Translations under genes and position numbers: made by a program | Notes under the pieces: model-generated | The model's input: the letters and a program-made list of their open reading frames with translations, nothing else | Database searches by the model: none | What the model was told of the DNA's origin: nothing | In this document: positions 1-10,085 of the stretch, piece by piece | How the letters are laid out: each line of letters opens with the position of its first letter | Numbering within the stretch: the first letter of the stretch is position 1 | Assembly (NCBI GenBank): GCA_963699255.1 | Contig: OY969425.1 | Coordinates: 1,710,001 to 1,742,000, forward strand | Direction: 5' to 3' | From: an uncultured bacterium | GTDB lineage: Bacteria > Margulisbacteria > WOR-1 > CAVSGV01 | DNA: 32,000 bases

Positions 1-2
1 TG

Positions 3-1148
3 ACGCCTTATTTTTATCCACATACCGGGGGGACAGAGAAATACGTTAAAGATCTTTCTATTCAGCTTGTAAAGAACGGCCATGATGTGACCGTGATCTC
101 CTGCAATGTTCCGAGAGCAAAAAAAGCAAAAAAGGAGGAGATCATTGACGGAGTGAAGATCAAAAGGCTTCCGGCGATCGATTTCCTTTATTATCTTCCC
201 ATCACTGTGTCTTTTAATCTCAAAATGCTTGAAGGGTATGATGTTGTTCATATCCATTGCCCGCCGCACAGTTTTATTAGGACCGTGGCTGGGAAGACAA
301 AGCTACCGGTCGTAGCCACTTTTCATTGTGACATAACGATAACGGACCAGTTCTTCGGCATTCCGATACCCCATTTCATCACCAATGGCTTCGAAGCTTT
401 AATGAATTGGTATGCTACTTTGTTCCTGCCGAAGGCTGAAGAGATCATATCCACATCCGAATCTTACGCATCCACGTCCCCCGTCATGAAGAACCTGCCG
501 AGGAACGTGATACCCATAGGTGTTTACCACGACAAGCTTGACGAATCCGTTAAGAAACAGGGCATTGACCCATTAAAGGAAAAAAAGAAACAGATATTGT
601 TCCTTGGGCGTCTTGCCGCGAATAAAGGGATCAGATATCTTGTTGCCGCTATGCCAAAGATCCTGGCGGCTCACCCGGATGCCAAACTCATCATCTGCGG
701 AGAAGGGGAGGAAAAGCCGTCCATTGTGAACCAGATCAAGAGCCTGGGACTTGAAGGGAACATCACATTTTACGGCACAGTGGACCTTGACACCCTCTCG
801 AGACTTTATACCACATCATCGGTATTTGTCCTGCCCTCTATAAACAGGCTGGAAGCTTTCGGGATAGTGCAGCTGGAGGCAATGGCTTGTTATACGCCTG
901 TCGTCGCTTCCGATATTCCTGGCGTTAACAGCGTAATGGACGTGGGAAAGAGCGGGCTCCTTGTGCCGAAGCAGAATCCCGATGCGATCGCTGAAGCGGT
1001 GATAAAGATATTAAGCAGCCCCGAACTGATGCAGCAAATGGGTGCAAGGGGAAGACAGCTGGTTGAAACGAAATACGACTGGCCGATAATATCAAAGGTG
1101 GTTGAGGCCGTTTATAAAAAAGCGATAGCGAAAAAGAAAGGGAAGTAG
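3..1148 (+). CDS. GT4-family glycosyltransferase (5' truncated by the window edge)
   Basis: The frame is open from base 3: TPYFYPHTGGTEKYVKDLSIQLVKNGHDVTV precedes the GTG (87) used in the ORF track and is the typical GT-B N-terminus. Later motifs: ILFLGRLAANKGIRYLVAA, LIICGEGEE, SVFVLPSINRLEAFGIVQLEAMA. Confidence 0.9.
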   Translation, partial: TPYFYPHTGGTEKYVKDLSIQLVKNGHDVTVISCNVPRAKKAKKEEIIDGVKIKRLPAIDFLYYLPITVSFNLKMLEGYDVVHIHCPPHSFIRTVAGKTKLPVVATFHCDITITDQFFGIPIPHFITNGFEALMNWYATLFLPKAEEIISTSESYASTSPVMKNLPRNVIPIGVYHDKLDESVKKQGIDPLKEKKKQILFLGRLAANKGIRYLVAAMPKILAAHPDAKLIICGEGEEKPSIVNQIKSLGLEGNITFYGTVDLDTLSRLYTTSSVFVLPSINRLEAFGIVQLEAMACYTPVVASDIPGVNSVMDVGKSGLLVPKQNPDAIAEAVIKILSSPELMQQMGARGRQLVETKYDWPIISKVVEAVYKKAIAKKKGK

Positions 1149-2134
1149 TGAAGGTATTAGTAACCGGCGGAGCGGGATACATTGGGTCAGTAACCACTCG
1201 CGAGCTTATAAACCAGGGTTACGAAGTCGTTGTTTTTGATAATCTCTCATACGGGCACAGGCAGGTGATCCCGAAACAGGCCAGGTTCGTAGAGGCGGAC
1301 CTTCTGGATAGACCCAGCATTTACTCCGCGCTTTCCAAAGAAAAAATAGAAGCCGTGGTCCACTTTGCGGGATTTATAGCCGTCGGAGAATCGGTCAAAG
1401 AACCGCTGAAGTACGTAAGAAATAACATTCTGGGCGGATATAACCTTCTTGACGCGATGAGGGAGCTAAAAATAAACAAAATTATTTTTTCTTCTTCCGC
1501 GGCAGTTTACGGCGATCCGGATAGCATCCCCATTAAAGAAGAGGACAGGCTTAAACCAACCAGCCCGTACGGCGAGACCAAGCTCATATTCGAGAAATTC
1601 CTCAGCTGGTGCGATGCAGCTTATGGCACACGCTCCATATGTTTGCGTTATTTCAATGCGGCCGGCGCTGACATTGAAAACGATCTCGGCGAGGACCACG
1701 ATCCGGAAACACATTTGATCCCTCTGGTCCTTAAGGTCGCCCTCGGCCAGCGGGAAAAGATCGATGTTTTCGGGACGGATTATGATACCTCCGATGGCAC
1801 GTGTGTCAGGGATTATGTCCACATTAAGGACCTGGCTGCTGCCCATGTGAAGGCGCTTAAGCGCTTGAACGAAGGCGGAGCCTCCTCTTTCTATAATGTG
1901 GGTTCTTCAAAAGGTTATTCAGTAAGAGAAGTGATCGACGCGTGCAGAAAAATAACCAGGAAGAACATAAAAGTAGTTGAGTCGCCGCGAAGGGCCGGGG
2001 ATCCTCCCAGACTTGTGGCGAGCAGTGAAAAAATAAAAAATGAATTAGGTTTCGCGTTCAAGCATAGCGATCTCGAGGATATTATTTCAGATGCATGGCA
2101 GTGGCATTCGAAGCACCCTAACGGGTACAAGTGA
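1148..2134 (+). CDS. galE: UDP-glucose 4-epimerase
   Basis: Starts GTG overlapping the upstream stop. Rossmann GGAGYIGS, YxxxK-type motif YGETKLIFEK, and TSDGTCVRDYVHIKDLAAAH. Confidence 0.93.
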   Translation: MKVLVTGGAGYIGSVTTRELINQGYEVVVFDNLSYGHRQVIPKQARFVEADLLDRPSIYSALSKEKIEAVVHFAGFIAVGESVKEPLKYVRNNILGGYNLLDAMRELKINKIIFSSSAAVYGDPDSIPIKEEDRLKPTSPYGETKLIFEKFLSWCDAAYGTRSICLRYFNAAGADIENDLGEDHDPETHLIPLVLKVALGQREKIDVFGTDYDTSDGTCVRDYVHIKDLAAAHVKALKRLNEGGASSFYNVGSSKGYSVREVIDACRKITRKNIKVVESPRRAGDPPRLVASSEKIKNELGFAFKHSDLEDIISDAWQWHSKHPNGYK

Positions 2135-2138
2135 CAAA

Positions 2139-3239
2139 GTGAAGAAGAAGATCCTATATTTATATTCTGATACCGGCGGCGGACACAGGGCCGCGGCGAA
2201 TTCCCTTATAGCTGCTGTTGAACAGCTGAAAGGCGGCGAGATAGAGCAGGAAGCCATAGATGTTTTCGCCCAGGGGAGCTCGTTCTTGAATATTTTCGCG
2301 AAGGCCTATGCTCCGGTTATCAGATATGCCCCTTGGCTCTGGCGTATGCTCTGGTTCTCATTGAACAGCGATAGAAGCCTGCGTGTCCTAGAAAAGATCG
2401 CTTCACCGTTCATATTGAATAAGATCGCAAAGATATTTAACGAGAAAATGCCTGATATTCTCGTATCCGTTCATCCTCTGGTGAATCACCTGTCAATTAA
2501 AGCTGCGAAAAAGATCGGGCGTAACGTGCCTTATGTTACCGTTGGGATGGACCCGGTCGATCTGCATAAATCCTGGATAAGCCCGGACACCGATGTTATG
2601 GTCGTGGCGACCGAGGAAGCAAAAAAGATCTGCATAGCGCAGGGACTTCCCGAAAGCAAGATAAAGGTCCTTGGCATTCCTATCGATCCCAGGTTTTCTA
2701 AAGACCAGGACAAGCAAAAATTGAGACAGGAAATGGGCCTGCATAAAGACCTGTTCACCGTTCTTGTGATGGGGGGCGGAGAGGGCGCGGGCAACATCAA
2801 CGACATAGTCTCCGAGCTGAACAAAAGCGCATTAGATATGCAGCTTATCGTAATATGCGGAAGGAACGAAGCCTTAAAAAGCAAGCTGACAGCAGCGACG
2901 CTGCGTTTCCCCGCAAAGATATTCGGGTTCACGAATGAAGTGCCTTCCATCATGTCCGCTTCGGATATTATCGTTACAAAAGGAGGTCCCGGAGCCATTT
3001 TCGAAGCCCTGGCAAAGGACCTGCCGATGATCATCACGAGCTGGCTGCCCGGGCAGGAAGAGGGGAATATCAGATATGTTCTTGCGCATAACATAGGGAA
3101 GGTCAGCAAGGACCCGAAAAAGATCGCGTCCCTGATCGAGGAAATAAGGACGGATGACCTGATAAAAGAAAATATAAGGAAATTCAAAAAGCCGCAAGCG
3201 GTATTTGATATAGCCAGATTAATACTGGATATGTTATGA
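2139..3239 (+). CDS. MGDG synthase / diacylglycerol glycosyltransferase-like protein (GT28 type)
   Basis: The ORF track starts at 2091 inside galE. A GTG at 2139 gives VKKKILYLYSDTGGGHRAAANSL, the expected N-terminus. Also VVMGGGEGAGNI and VTKGGPGAIFEALAKDLPMIITSWLPGQEEGNI. Confidence 0.85.
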   Translation: MKKKILYLYSDTGGGHRAAANSLIAAVEQLKGGEIEQEAIDVFAQGSSFLNIFAKAYAPVIRYAPWLWRMLWFSLNSDRSLRVLEKIASPFILNKIAKIFNEKMPDILVSVHPLVNHLSIKAAKKIGRNVPYVTVGMDPVDLHKSWISPDTDVMVVATEEAKKICIAQGLPESKIKVLGIPIDPRFSKDQDKQKLRQEMGLHKDLFTVLVMGGGEGAGNINDIVSELNKSALDMQLIVICGRNEALKSKLTAATLRFPAKIFGFTNEVPSIMSASDIIVTKGGPGAIFEALAKDLPMIITSWLPGQEEGNIRYVLAHNIGKVSKDPKKIASLIEEIRTDDLIKENIRKFKKPQAVFDIARLILDML

Positions 3240-4690
3240 AGAAATTCGCGATATTTATTGCCGTGTTCTTTTCCTTACTCTACCCGGTGTTCTGCCAGGA
3301 GATGCCAAGCGATGTTCCACCTGATCACTATGCTTATGATTCTATTGCCGATCTGGTGGATAGGGGCATAAATGTTTCTCAGGGATATCCCGACGGCACT
3401 TTTCGGGGGAACAAGAACACGAGCAGATATGAAAACGCGTATTTCATGGCTTCACTCGCTTTAAGTCTGCGCGATACCGCATCTGTTGAAGTGGACTTTT
3501 CAGATATTGGGGAGGAAATTTCATACCTCAGGAACGACATAATCAGCGTTCAGCAGGAACAGGGAGCCAAAGGCGCCATGGATTATTATGGGTCTGTGGA
3601 ACTGAAAAGCGAGTTTGGCAGCGTGTTCTCATATAACCAGGATCACAGGAATCCGTTAGGGCCTGAAACGAATTATCGCCTGCAATATACGATCGAAAAA
3701 GATATGGGCGATGATGCCAGCATTAAACTTAACCTGGACACGATGGATGGAGCTTTCAACTCGCCGACCCTGCGGACATTTGCCACAACACTCCTGGATT
3801 TTGAGGGGGATCTATCGGTGGATATCGGACTTGCCAATCCGGTGAACATAACGGCTATTTTTGGCCCCGGAAGTGTAGCGCACAGGGATACGAGCGGCGT
3901 GGCTCCAAGCGAAGATTACACGTATTATTCAAGACCCCATCCTTCTTTTATTGTGGGGACCGAAATGGGAGGCAATGATGTATCCGGCGCTTATGTTGCA
4001 AGAGGTGTTGCTAGTGACGGAAGTGTGGGAACGAGCGAGGTGTATTTCCGGGTCGGCAGAAAGATCGGAAAGTTCCCGCTGCTGGGGAGCGTTGAGGCCA
4101 TTAGCACCTCAAGGTATGTATTCGTTGACTTTATGGATCCGACAAGCTTGCCGAACGATTTCAAACAGGAGCTTTCGCTTCTTATGACGCAGAGTAAGGA
4201 ACTGTCGGAAAAGATACTTTTCGGGGCAGCATCTACCGATCATCCGAAAAGCCAATTCTATCTGAATTTTGAACTGTATCTCAAGAATCTTTATGATAGA
4301 GGTATAGATCTCAATTTCCTTTTCAATTCTGTGGGGATGGATTACCGGCTCCCGTTCGAGGCGCTTGAATTCACGCCTCTGAACCTGTTCAACAGAAAGA
4401 TACTTGACGGGACTGTGGATACCGGTCTTGAGGTAACGATTCCGCTTTCATCGGACCTGACGTTAAAAAGCAGATCCGAACTTGTTACCGATAACTTTGG
4501 AAAGATAGACAGGGATGTTCCCGGATCTTCCTATACTCAGGAACTATCGCTGGATTATCAGATAAGCAGCGATTTGGACCTTAATTCATTTTACAGATAT
4601 TATTTTGTGCCGAGTGAGATCGGCCAATTTTCTGTCGCGGTGCCGGAAATATCCGATCTTGTCGGACTTGGCCTGGTTTACAGATTTTAG
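3236..4690 (+). CDS. SLH-domain outer-membrane beta-barrel protein (OmpM-like porin)
   Basis: Signal peptide MKKFAIFIAVFFSLLYPVFC; SLH motif DVPPDHYAYDSIADLVDRGINVSQGYPDGTFRGNKNTSRYE; short coiled-coil-like segment; beta-rich body ending in F. Confidence 0.8.
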   Translation: MKKFAIFIAVFFSLLYPVFCQEMPSDVPPDHYAYDSIADLVDRGINVSQGYPDGTFRGNKNTSRYENAYFMASLALSLRDTASVEVDFSDIGEEISYLRNDIISVQQEQGAKGAMDYYGSVELKSEFGSVFSYNQDHRNPLGPETNYRLQYTIEKDMGDDASIKLNLDTMDGAFNSPTLRTFATTLLDFEGDLSVDIGLANPVNITAIFGPGSVAHRDTSGVAPSEDYTYYSRPHPSFIVGTEMGGNDVSGAYVARGVASDGSVGTSEVYFRVGRKIGKFPLLGSVEAISTSRYVFVDFMDPTSLPNDFKQELSLLMTQSKELSEKILFGAASTDHPKSQFYLNFELYLKNLYDRGIDLNFLFNSVGMDYRLPFEALEFTPLNLFNRKILDGTVDTGLEVTIPLSSDLTLKSRSELVTDNFGKIDRDVPGSSYTQELSLDYQISSDLDLNSFYRYYFVPSEIGQFSVAVPEISDLVGLGLVYRF

Positions 4691-4736
4691 ACAAAAAAAG
4701 GCCCTGATGGTATACTAGGGCGGCAAGGAGCAGTGT

Positions 4737-6413
4737 ATGAGGAAGATCCTGTTTATTTTATTGATCGGTTTTTGCATGACCGGGTATAGTTTTGCCCTTG
4801 TAACCGCGGAAGCGGGAGTGTCATCCAAAGAAGCGGCGGGAACAAAGATGCCGCAGGTTTCAACTGAAGAGGCAATGGCAAAAACAGTGTCTAAAGAAAC
4901 GGCAGCGGTCATCGCTCCGCCTCCTTTAACTCAAGAGGCAACGCCGACGCGTGAAGTTGTGAAAGAGGTCAAGACGGAGGCCCAGACGGGGAAAATAAAA
5001 TTTAAAGATGTTCCCGACAACCACTGGGCCGCAAGTTCGGTTTACGATCTTGTGAACATGGGTGTGACACAGGGTTACCCGGATGGCACGTTCAGGGGGA
5101 GCAACAATATCACAAGATATGAGACCGCCATGTTCCTCTCTAAACTTGCCAATGCTATAGGCAAATCCGGAGACGAAGCCGAGATCAACATTGATAAAAT
5201 AAAAGACGATCTCAGGGCGGATATAAGGTCGCTGCGCGCCGATGTCGCGGAGCTTAAACGCATGCCGGAAGAGCAGCAAGAAAATCCGATATCCGGATCT
5301 TACTCTACAGAGATAATGTTCGGGAATTTAGTGGCGGGGAATACTTCCGTCGAAGGGCAGACCGCGCCTGCGGGGCCGATCGTCAGATACAGGCTGAAAA
5401 CGACGTTCTCAAATAATATAAGCGAAACGACGAAACTTAAAGTGAATATTGACACCATGGATTCGGGTTTTGGCGGAGGATCGAGCGATCTTTCGATGAA
5501 AATACTTGATGTGGAAGGCGACATGGATCTGGACATGGGGCTTGAAAACCCGTTGGAAGTTAAGGTAACAAGCGGGCCGGGGCCTGTTGTTCATACAGAG
5601 GAAGCGGATGCGAACGGCAATTACATAGCAAGAAGCGAGAACGGCGTCGTTTATGTGCGTCCCTGGAACAGCGTCATGTTCTCCTCAAAAATCTGGGGCA
5701 TGGATCTCGGGCTGGGATATATTGCCAGAAGGGTCAACACGTTCGGCGAGGTGGATGTTAATCAGATCAAAACGGTCATTGGCTATGTTTTCCCGGGGAT
5801 TTTCTTTGTTCCTTCATTCAAATTAGATACAAATATCGATTATCTATCCAGCCAGCCTCAGGCTAACCCTGCGGGACCGACCGACACGAAGTTCACATTC
5901 GACACCTCAAATATGATCTATCCGAAATTAAAAATGGGGATGATCTATAGTTTCGGACAGGGGGACGCTCCCAGCAATTCCATGGCTGGGATGCAATTTG
6001 ATCTGCTTGACATGTGGGATACAGGCACGACTCTTTCCTTAAAATACAGGAAAGTTGGCGCACAATATCTTCATGAGAACGACCAGCTGTCCGAGGACCT
6101 GTTCGCCGGACTGGATGTTTTCAACAGATATATCGGCGACGGGGCCGGGCTTGGGGTCGTGGATATTGGCAGCGAACTTGTCCAGGTCATTACGGAGAAC
6201 GTCAGGATCGTCGGCAGGACGGACTGGAGACTTGCCTCGGATAATTCTTACGGCAGCGACGACCCTCAGTGCTCGCTGGTTGTTGAGGGCGGAGTTTCCT
6301 GGAACATCGCGACAGATACTTTGCTTGATGTGTTGTACCGGGCGGAGAGCATTCCTTCGGCAGCTGACAAATCGACCGATCTGTTGCAGATCAGCTTATC
6401 TTATAAGTTCTAA
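4737..6413 (+). CDS. SLH-domain outer-membrane beta-barrel protein, paralog of the upstream gene
   Basis: Signal peptide; SLH motif FKDVPDNHWAASSVYDLVNMGVTQGYPDGTFRGSNNITRYE; shares the MD-(T/S)-x-F, EGD and ENP/ANP segments with 3236..4690; ends SYKF. SD AAGGAG upstream. Confidence 0.8.
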   Translation: MRKILFILLIGFCMTGYSFALVTAEAGVSSKEAAGTKMPQVSTEEAMAKTVSKETAAVIAPPPLTQEATPTREVVKEVKTEAQTGKIKFKDVPDNHWAASSVYDLVNMGVTQGYPDGTFRGSNNITRYETAMFLSKLANAIGKSGDEAEINIDKIKDDLRADIRSLRADVAELKRMPEEQQENPISGSYSTEIMFGNLVAGNTSVEGQTAPAGPIVRYRLKTTFSNNISETTKLKVNIDTMDSGFGGGSSDLSMKILDVEGDMDLDMGLENPLEVKVTSGPGPVVHTEEADANGNYIARSENGVVYVRPWNSVMFSSKIWGMDLGLGYIARRVNTFGEVDVNQIKTVIGYVFPGIFFVPSFKLDTNIDYLSSQPQANPAGPTDTKFTFDTSNMIYPKLKMGMIYSFGQGDAPSNSMAGMQFDLLDMWDTGTTLSLKYRKVGAQYLHENDQLSEDLFAGLDVFNRYIGDGAGLGVVDIGSELVQVITENVRIVGRTDWRLASDNSYGSDDPQCSLVVEGGVSWNIATDTLLDVLYRAESIPSAADKSTDLLQISLSYKF

Positions 6414-6415
6414 AC

Positions 6416-7180
6416 TTGGGATTAAACGACTTAAAGACAAAAATAGTCGGCAAAAGGATCCTGTTCGTAGAAGAGGTTGATTCCACAAATACGGAGGCGC
6501 GCCGACTTGCCCAACTCGGGGAAAAAGAGGGAACTGTTGTCATAGCCGCGTCCCAGGTAAAAGGGCATGGCAGGTTGGGCAGGCGCTGGATATCACCTCC
6601 CGGAGGCCTTTACATTTCGGTAATACTTAAACCATACATAAGTCCCTCCAGACTCCCGGTCATTACTCTTCTTTCCGCTGTTGCCGTTGTACGTACTATA
6701 AGAGGCCTGACAAAACTGGATACAGCAGTGAAGTGGCCCAATGACATAGTCATAATGGGGAAGAAGGTGGGAGGGATCCTTTGCGAAGCCTCGAAGAACA
6801 CAATAATAGTCGGGATCGGGATAAATCTTAACACTAGCCTCTTCCTTTTCCCGTCATCGCTTAAAAAACAGGTGACCTCGGTAAAATTCGAGCTTGGAGC
6901 GAGCATAGATAGGGATAAGGTAATAAAGATCCTTCTTGAGGAATTTGACAAGCTTTACAGGGATTTTCTTAACCATAAGCAGGAAGAGATAGTTTCCGAG
7001 TGGAGCAGCTTCTGCCAGACGTTCGGCAGCCGTGTTAAGATCGAAACCCCGAGAGGGATCGTAAGCGGCCTTGCGGAAAAAATAGGCGCAAGGGGAGAGT
7101 TGCGAGTTAGGGGAGATGATGGTAAAATAAAAAATGTATTTTCCGGAGACGTCATAAAGGTCAATTTAGAGCAGTTATGA
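6416..7180 (+). CDS. birA: biotin--[acetyl-CoA-carboxylase] ligase without an N-terminal HTH domain
   Basis: VDSTNTEARRL, QVKGHGRLGRRWISPPGGLYIS, VKWPNDIVIMGKKVGGILCE. TTG start. Confidence 0.88.
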   Translation: MGLNDLKTKIVGKRILFVEEVDSTNTEARRLAQLGEKEGTVVIAASQVKGHGRLGRRWISPPGGLYISVILKPYISPSRLPVITLLSAVAVVRTIRGLTKLDTAVKWPNDIVIMGKKVGGILCEASKNTIIVGIGINLNTSLFLFPSSLKKQVTSVKFELGASIDRDKVIKILLEEFDKLYRDFLNHKQEEIVSEWSSFCQTFGSRVKIETPRGIVSGLAEKIGARGELRVRGDDGKIKNVFSGDVIKVNLEQL

Positions 7181-7539
7181 ACTACATCAGAGGAATAAGA
7201 GGCGCAATATCTGTTTCAAAGAACACCAAGGATGAGATAATCTCATCCACGATGATCCTTCTTCGCAAGATGGCCGGCTTAAATAAGATCAAAGTTGAAG
7301 ATATAGCGAGTATCATTTTTTCCGTTACAAAGGATCTGAACGCGGGATTTCCCGCGATGGCCGCAAGAAAGTTGGGATGGTCGGGGACCCCTCTTCTTTG
7401 CACCTATGAGGTGAATGTCCCGGGATCGCTTCCGAGATGCATAAGGGTCCTGATGCATGTGAATTCCGGCAAGACCCAATCTTCAATAAAAAATGTTTAC
7501 CTGAAAGACGCGAAAAAGCTAAGGCCGGATCTGAGGTAG
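7177..7539 (+). CDS. aroH: chorismate mutase, AroH (monofunctional) class
   Basis: Collinear with the AroH family: RGIRGAISV, SVTKDLNAGFPAMAARKLGW, CIRVLMHV, VYLKDAKKLRPDL. Confidence 0.9.
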   Translation: MNYIRGIRGAISVSKNTKDEIISSTMILLRKMAGLNKIKVEDIASIIFSVTKDLNAGFPAMAARKLGWSGTPLLCTYEVNVPGSLPRCIRVLMHVNSGKTQSSIKNVYLKDAKKLRPDLR

Positions 7540-7598
7540 TTGTCCGTTGTTGAGTGTGAGTTTTTTTCGGATCTAATTTTGTTGGAGGGTTATATTTT

Positions 7599-8618
7599 AT
7601 GATGATAATAATGAAATCCGATGCGACAGATGAACAGATAAATCGTGTGACCGATACTTTAAAAAAGATGAGCTTCGGCGTCCACGTGTCCCGGGGAGTG
7701 GAGCGGACCATTATCGGGGCCATAGGCGATAAACGAAATGTGACCATCGAAAACCTTCTCATATTGCCGGGAGTTGCCGATGTCGTGCCCATTAGAAAAC
7801 CGTTCAAGCTTGTATCAAGAGAATTCAAGAAAGAGGATACTATCGTTGATATAGGCGGCGGGGTTCGCATTGGCGCGACAGAGCCGATATGCGTCATTGC
7901 CGGTCCCTGCTCGGTTGAATCAAAGGATCAGATAATCGAGACAGCCCAAGCCGTAAAAAAGGCCGGGGCCAAGGCGTTGCGGGGCGGGGCTTTTAAACCA
8001 AGGACTTCACCGTATTCTTTCCAGGGATTGGGCGAAGAAGGATTGAAGTATCTTGCCGAAGCAAAAAAGAAGACCGGGCTTCCCGTGGTCACGGAAGTCA
8101 TGGATACGCGGGACGTCGAACTGGTTAAAAAGTACGCTGATGTTTTTCAGGTGGGTGCGAGGAACATGCAGAATTTCACGCTCTTAAAAGAGGTGGGAAA
8201 AGCAAGAAAACCGGTCCTGTTAAAAAGAGGCCCGGGCTCGACCATTGAAGAACTGCTTATGGCGGCGGAATATGTGATCTCCGAGGGCAATAAGAACATC
8301 ATTCTCTGCGAGAGAGGCGTCAAAACGCCCGAGACATACACGAGGAACACTCTCGATCTTAACGCTATTCCGGTAATAAAAAAACTGACACATCTTCCGG
8401 TCATCGTCGATCCAAGCCACGGTATCGGCTTGTGGGACCTCGTACCGGCAATGGCGAAAGCTTCTATCGCAGCGGGGGCGGACGGGCTCATAATTGAGGT
8501 ACACCCGAAGCCGGAAGAAGCCCTGTCTGACGGAGCCCAGTCCCTGAAACCGGATAACTTTGAGATCCTTATGAAGGACCTTAAGAAGATCGCGGAAGCT
8601 GTCGGAAGAACTATGTAA
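7599..8618 (+). CDS. aroF: 3-deoxy-7-phosphoheptulonate synthase (type I, AroG/AroF-like with N-terminal ACT-like/FeSBP domain)
   Basis: [74 protein letters not shown]; SD GGAGG upstream. Confidence 0.93.
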   Translation: MMIIMKSDATDEQINRVTDTLKKMSFGVHVSRGVERTIIGAIGDKRNVTIENLLILPGVADVVPIRKPFKLVSREFKKEDTIVDIGGGVRIGATEPICVIAGPCSVESKDQIIETAQAVKKAGAKALRGGAFKPRTSPYSFQGLGEEGLKYLAEAKKKTGLPVVTEVMDTRDVELVKKYADVFQVGARNMQNFTLLKEVGKARKPVLLKRGPGSTIEELLMAAEYVISEGNKNIILCERGVKTPETYTRNTLDLNAIPVIKKLTHLPVIVDPSHGIGLWDLVPAMAKASIAAGADGLIIEVHPKPEEALSDGAQSLKPDNFEILMKDLKKIAEAVGRTM

Positions 8619-10085
8619 ATGAAGATCAACCTCGCCGGATACAACCTCGATTCCACGGTGATCGAGGAGTTGAAGAAGAACTCTCCCGAAAGGGCTGACG
8701 TAACGCCCGAGACCCTGTCCGCTTCATACGCGCGCATAAGCCGCGATCCGCGTCCGATAGGTGAGCTTCGCAAAGCCGCCCGCGGAGAGGTTGAGAAGGC
8801 CAGAAAATCCAATCAGGCGATAATATTCAAAATGGGACATCACTCCGTTGCCGAACACGCCGTCTTCAATTTTGACGTTCTTGAGGTATCCCGGCTGGCG
8901 ATGGAGTCTATCGAGCATTTCAGGCTGTGTTCCTTCACTGAAAAATCCCAGAGATACATCACGCTCGCGGATGATTTTGTCCTGCCCCAGGAGATCAGGG
9001 ATGCCGGGTTTGCCGATCAATTCAAGGCGGTAATTAAATTACAGAACGATTTTTACCACAAATCGAATGAGTTATTGAAAATGCATGTATTCAAGAAACA
9101 TGCCGATCTGGCACAAGATCCAAAGAACAATAGTCTTCTGGAGGGGTGGGCAAAGGAAGATGCCAGGTATATCACATCCCTTGCAACGCAGGGACAGCTT
9201 GGTTTGACCCTTAATGCCAGGAACCTTGAGCTGATGGTCAGAAGGTTCGCATCGAGCGATTTTTCGGAAGTAAAACAAATAGGCCGGGAAATATACCGGC
9301 TGGCCAAGGAGATAGCGCCGTCCATAATCCTTTTTACTCAAGCGAATGACTATGATGCAAAGACGTACGATGATATTAAAGCCTTAAAGGCCATAAAAGC
9401 CGTCAGGGCCAATAAGGAAGTGACGCTATCGGATTTCCCAAAGAATGGAGATGACATTCTTGTTGCTGCGCTTCTTCACACTGTTTCAAAAGCTTCGTTT
9501 TCATACTGTAACAAAGCGGTCAAAGGTATGAATGCCGCAGAAAAGAAAAGGATCATCAAGGCTTCGATGAAGCGGATGGAATTCTATGACGCGAATCCAA
9601 GGGAATTCGAGCATGTGAACCTCACATTTGATCTTGTTATTTCCGCTTCATGTTACGCGCAACTGAAGCGGCACAGAACGTCCACACAGACCATGCAGGA
9701 ATATGACCCCGAGCTGGGATTGACCGTTCCGCCGGCATTCAGCGAGATCAAGCTCGAGAAAGAATTTAAGGCGATCGCGGGAAAGGCCGAAGATCTTTAT
9801 TACAAGATGAAGCCGAAAGTCGGCGTACATGCCCAGTATATCCTGACAAACGCTCACCGCAGGAGAGTATTGATGACGGTCAATGCGAGGGAACTCTACC
9901 ATATATCTAGGCTGAGGGAAGACGCTCATGCGCAGTGGGATATCCAGATTGTTTCAGCCGAGATGTCCAAATTGGCAAAAAAGAAATTACCTTTGGCCTT
10001 CATGATGATCGGTGGAAAAGATAAATATCCGGAGATCTATAAGAATGTTTACGGAATACCGCCAAAATTAATTCCGCCTAAATAA
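8619..10085 (+). CDS. thyX: ThyX-like FAD-dependent thymidylate synthase, duplicated two-domain form
   Basis: N-terminal half has GHHSVAEHAVFNF and HFRLCSFTEKSQRY; C-terminal half has LKRHRTSTQTMQEYD and LYHISRLREDAHAQWDIQ. Confidence 0.8.
   Translation: MKINLAGYNLDSTVIEELKKNSPERADVTPETLSASYARISRDPRPIGELRKAARGEVEKARKSNQAIIFKMGHHSVAEHAVFNFDVLEVSRLAMESIEHFRLCSFTEKSQRYITLADDFVLPQEIRDAGFADQFKAVIKLQNDFYHKSNELLKMHVFKKHADLAQDPKNNSLLEGWAKEDARYITSLATQGQLGLTLNARNLELMVRRFASSDFSEVKQIGREIYRLAKEIAPSIILFTQANDYDAKTYDDIKALKAIKAVRANKEVTLSDFPKNGDDILVAALLHTVSKASFSYCNKAVKGMNAAEKKRIIKASMKRMEFYDANPREFEHVNLTFDLVISASCYAQLKRHRTSTQTMQEYDPELGLTVPPAFSEIKLEKEFKAIAGKAEDLYYKMKPKVGVHAQYILTNAHRRRVLMTVNARELYHISRLREDAHAQWDIQIVSAEMSKLAKKKLPLAFMMIGGKDKYPEIYKNVYGIPPKLIPPK

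Noticed and set aside
2493-3197. Long antisense ORFs opposite the MGDG-synthase-like gene (218 aa and others)
   Set aside because: They lie fully opposite a well-supported coding gene, show no recognisable motifs, and arise from codon bias.
4698-4716. Possible promoter TTAGAC-N18-TATACT and GCCCT...AGGGC hairpin between the two porin genes
   Set aside because: The -10 is good but the -35 is weak and the 5-bp hairpin overlaps it. Not enough to call either a promoter or a terminator.
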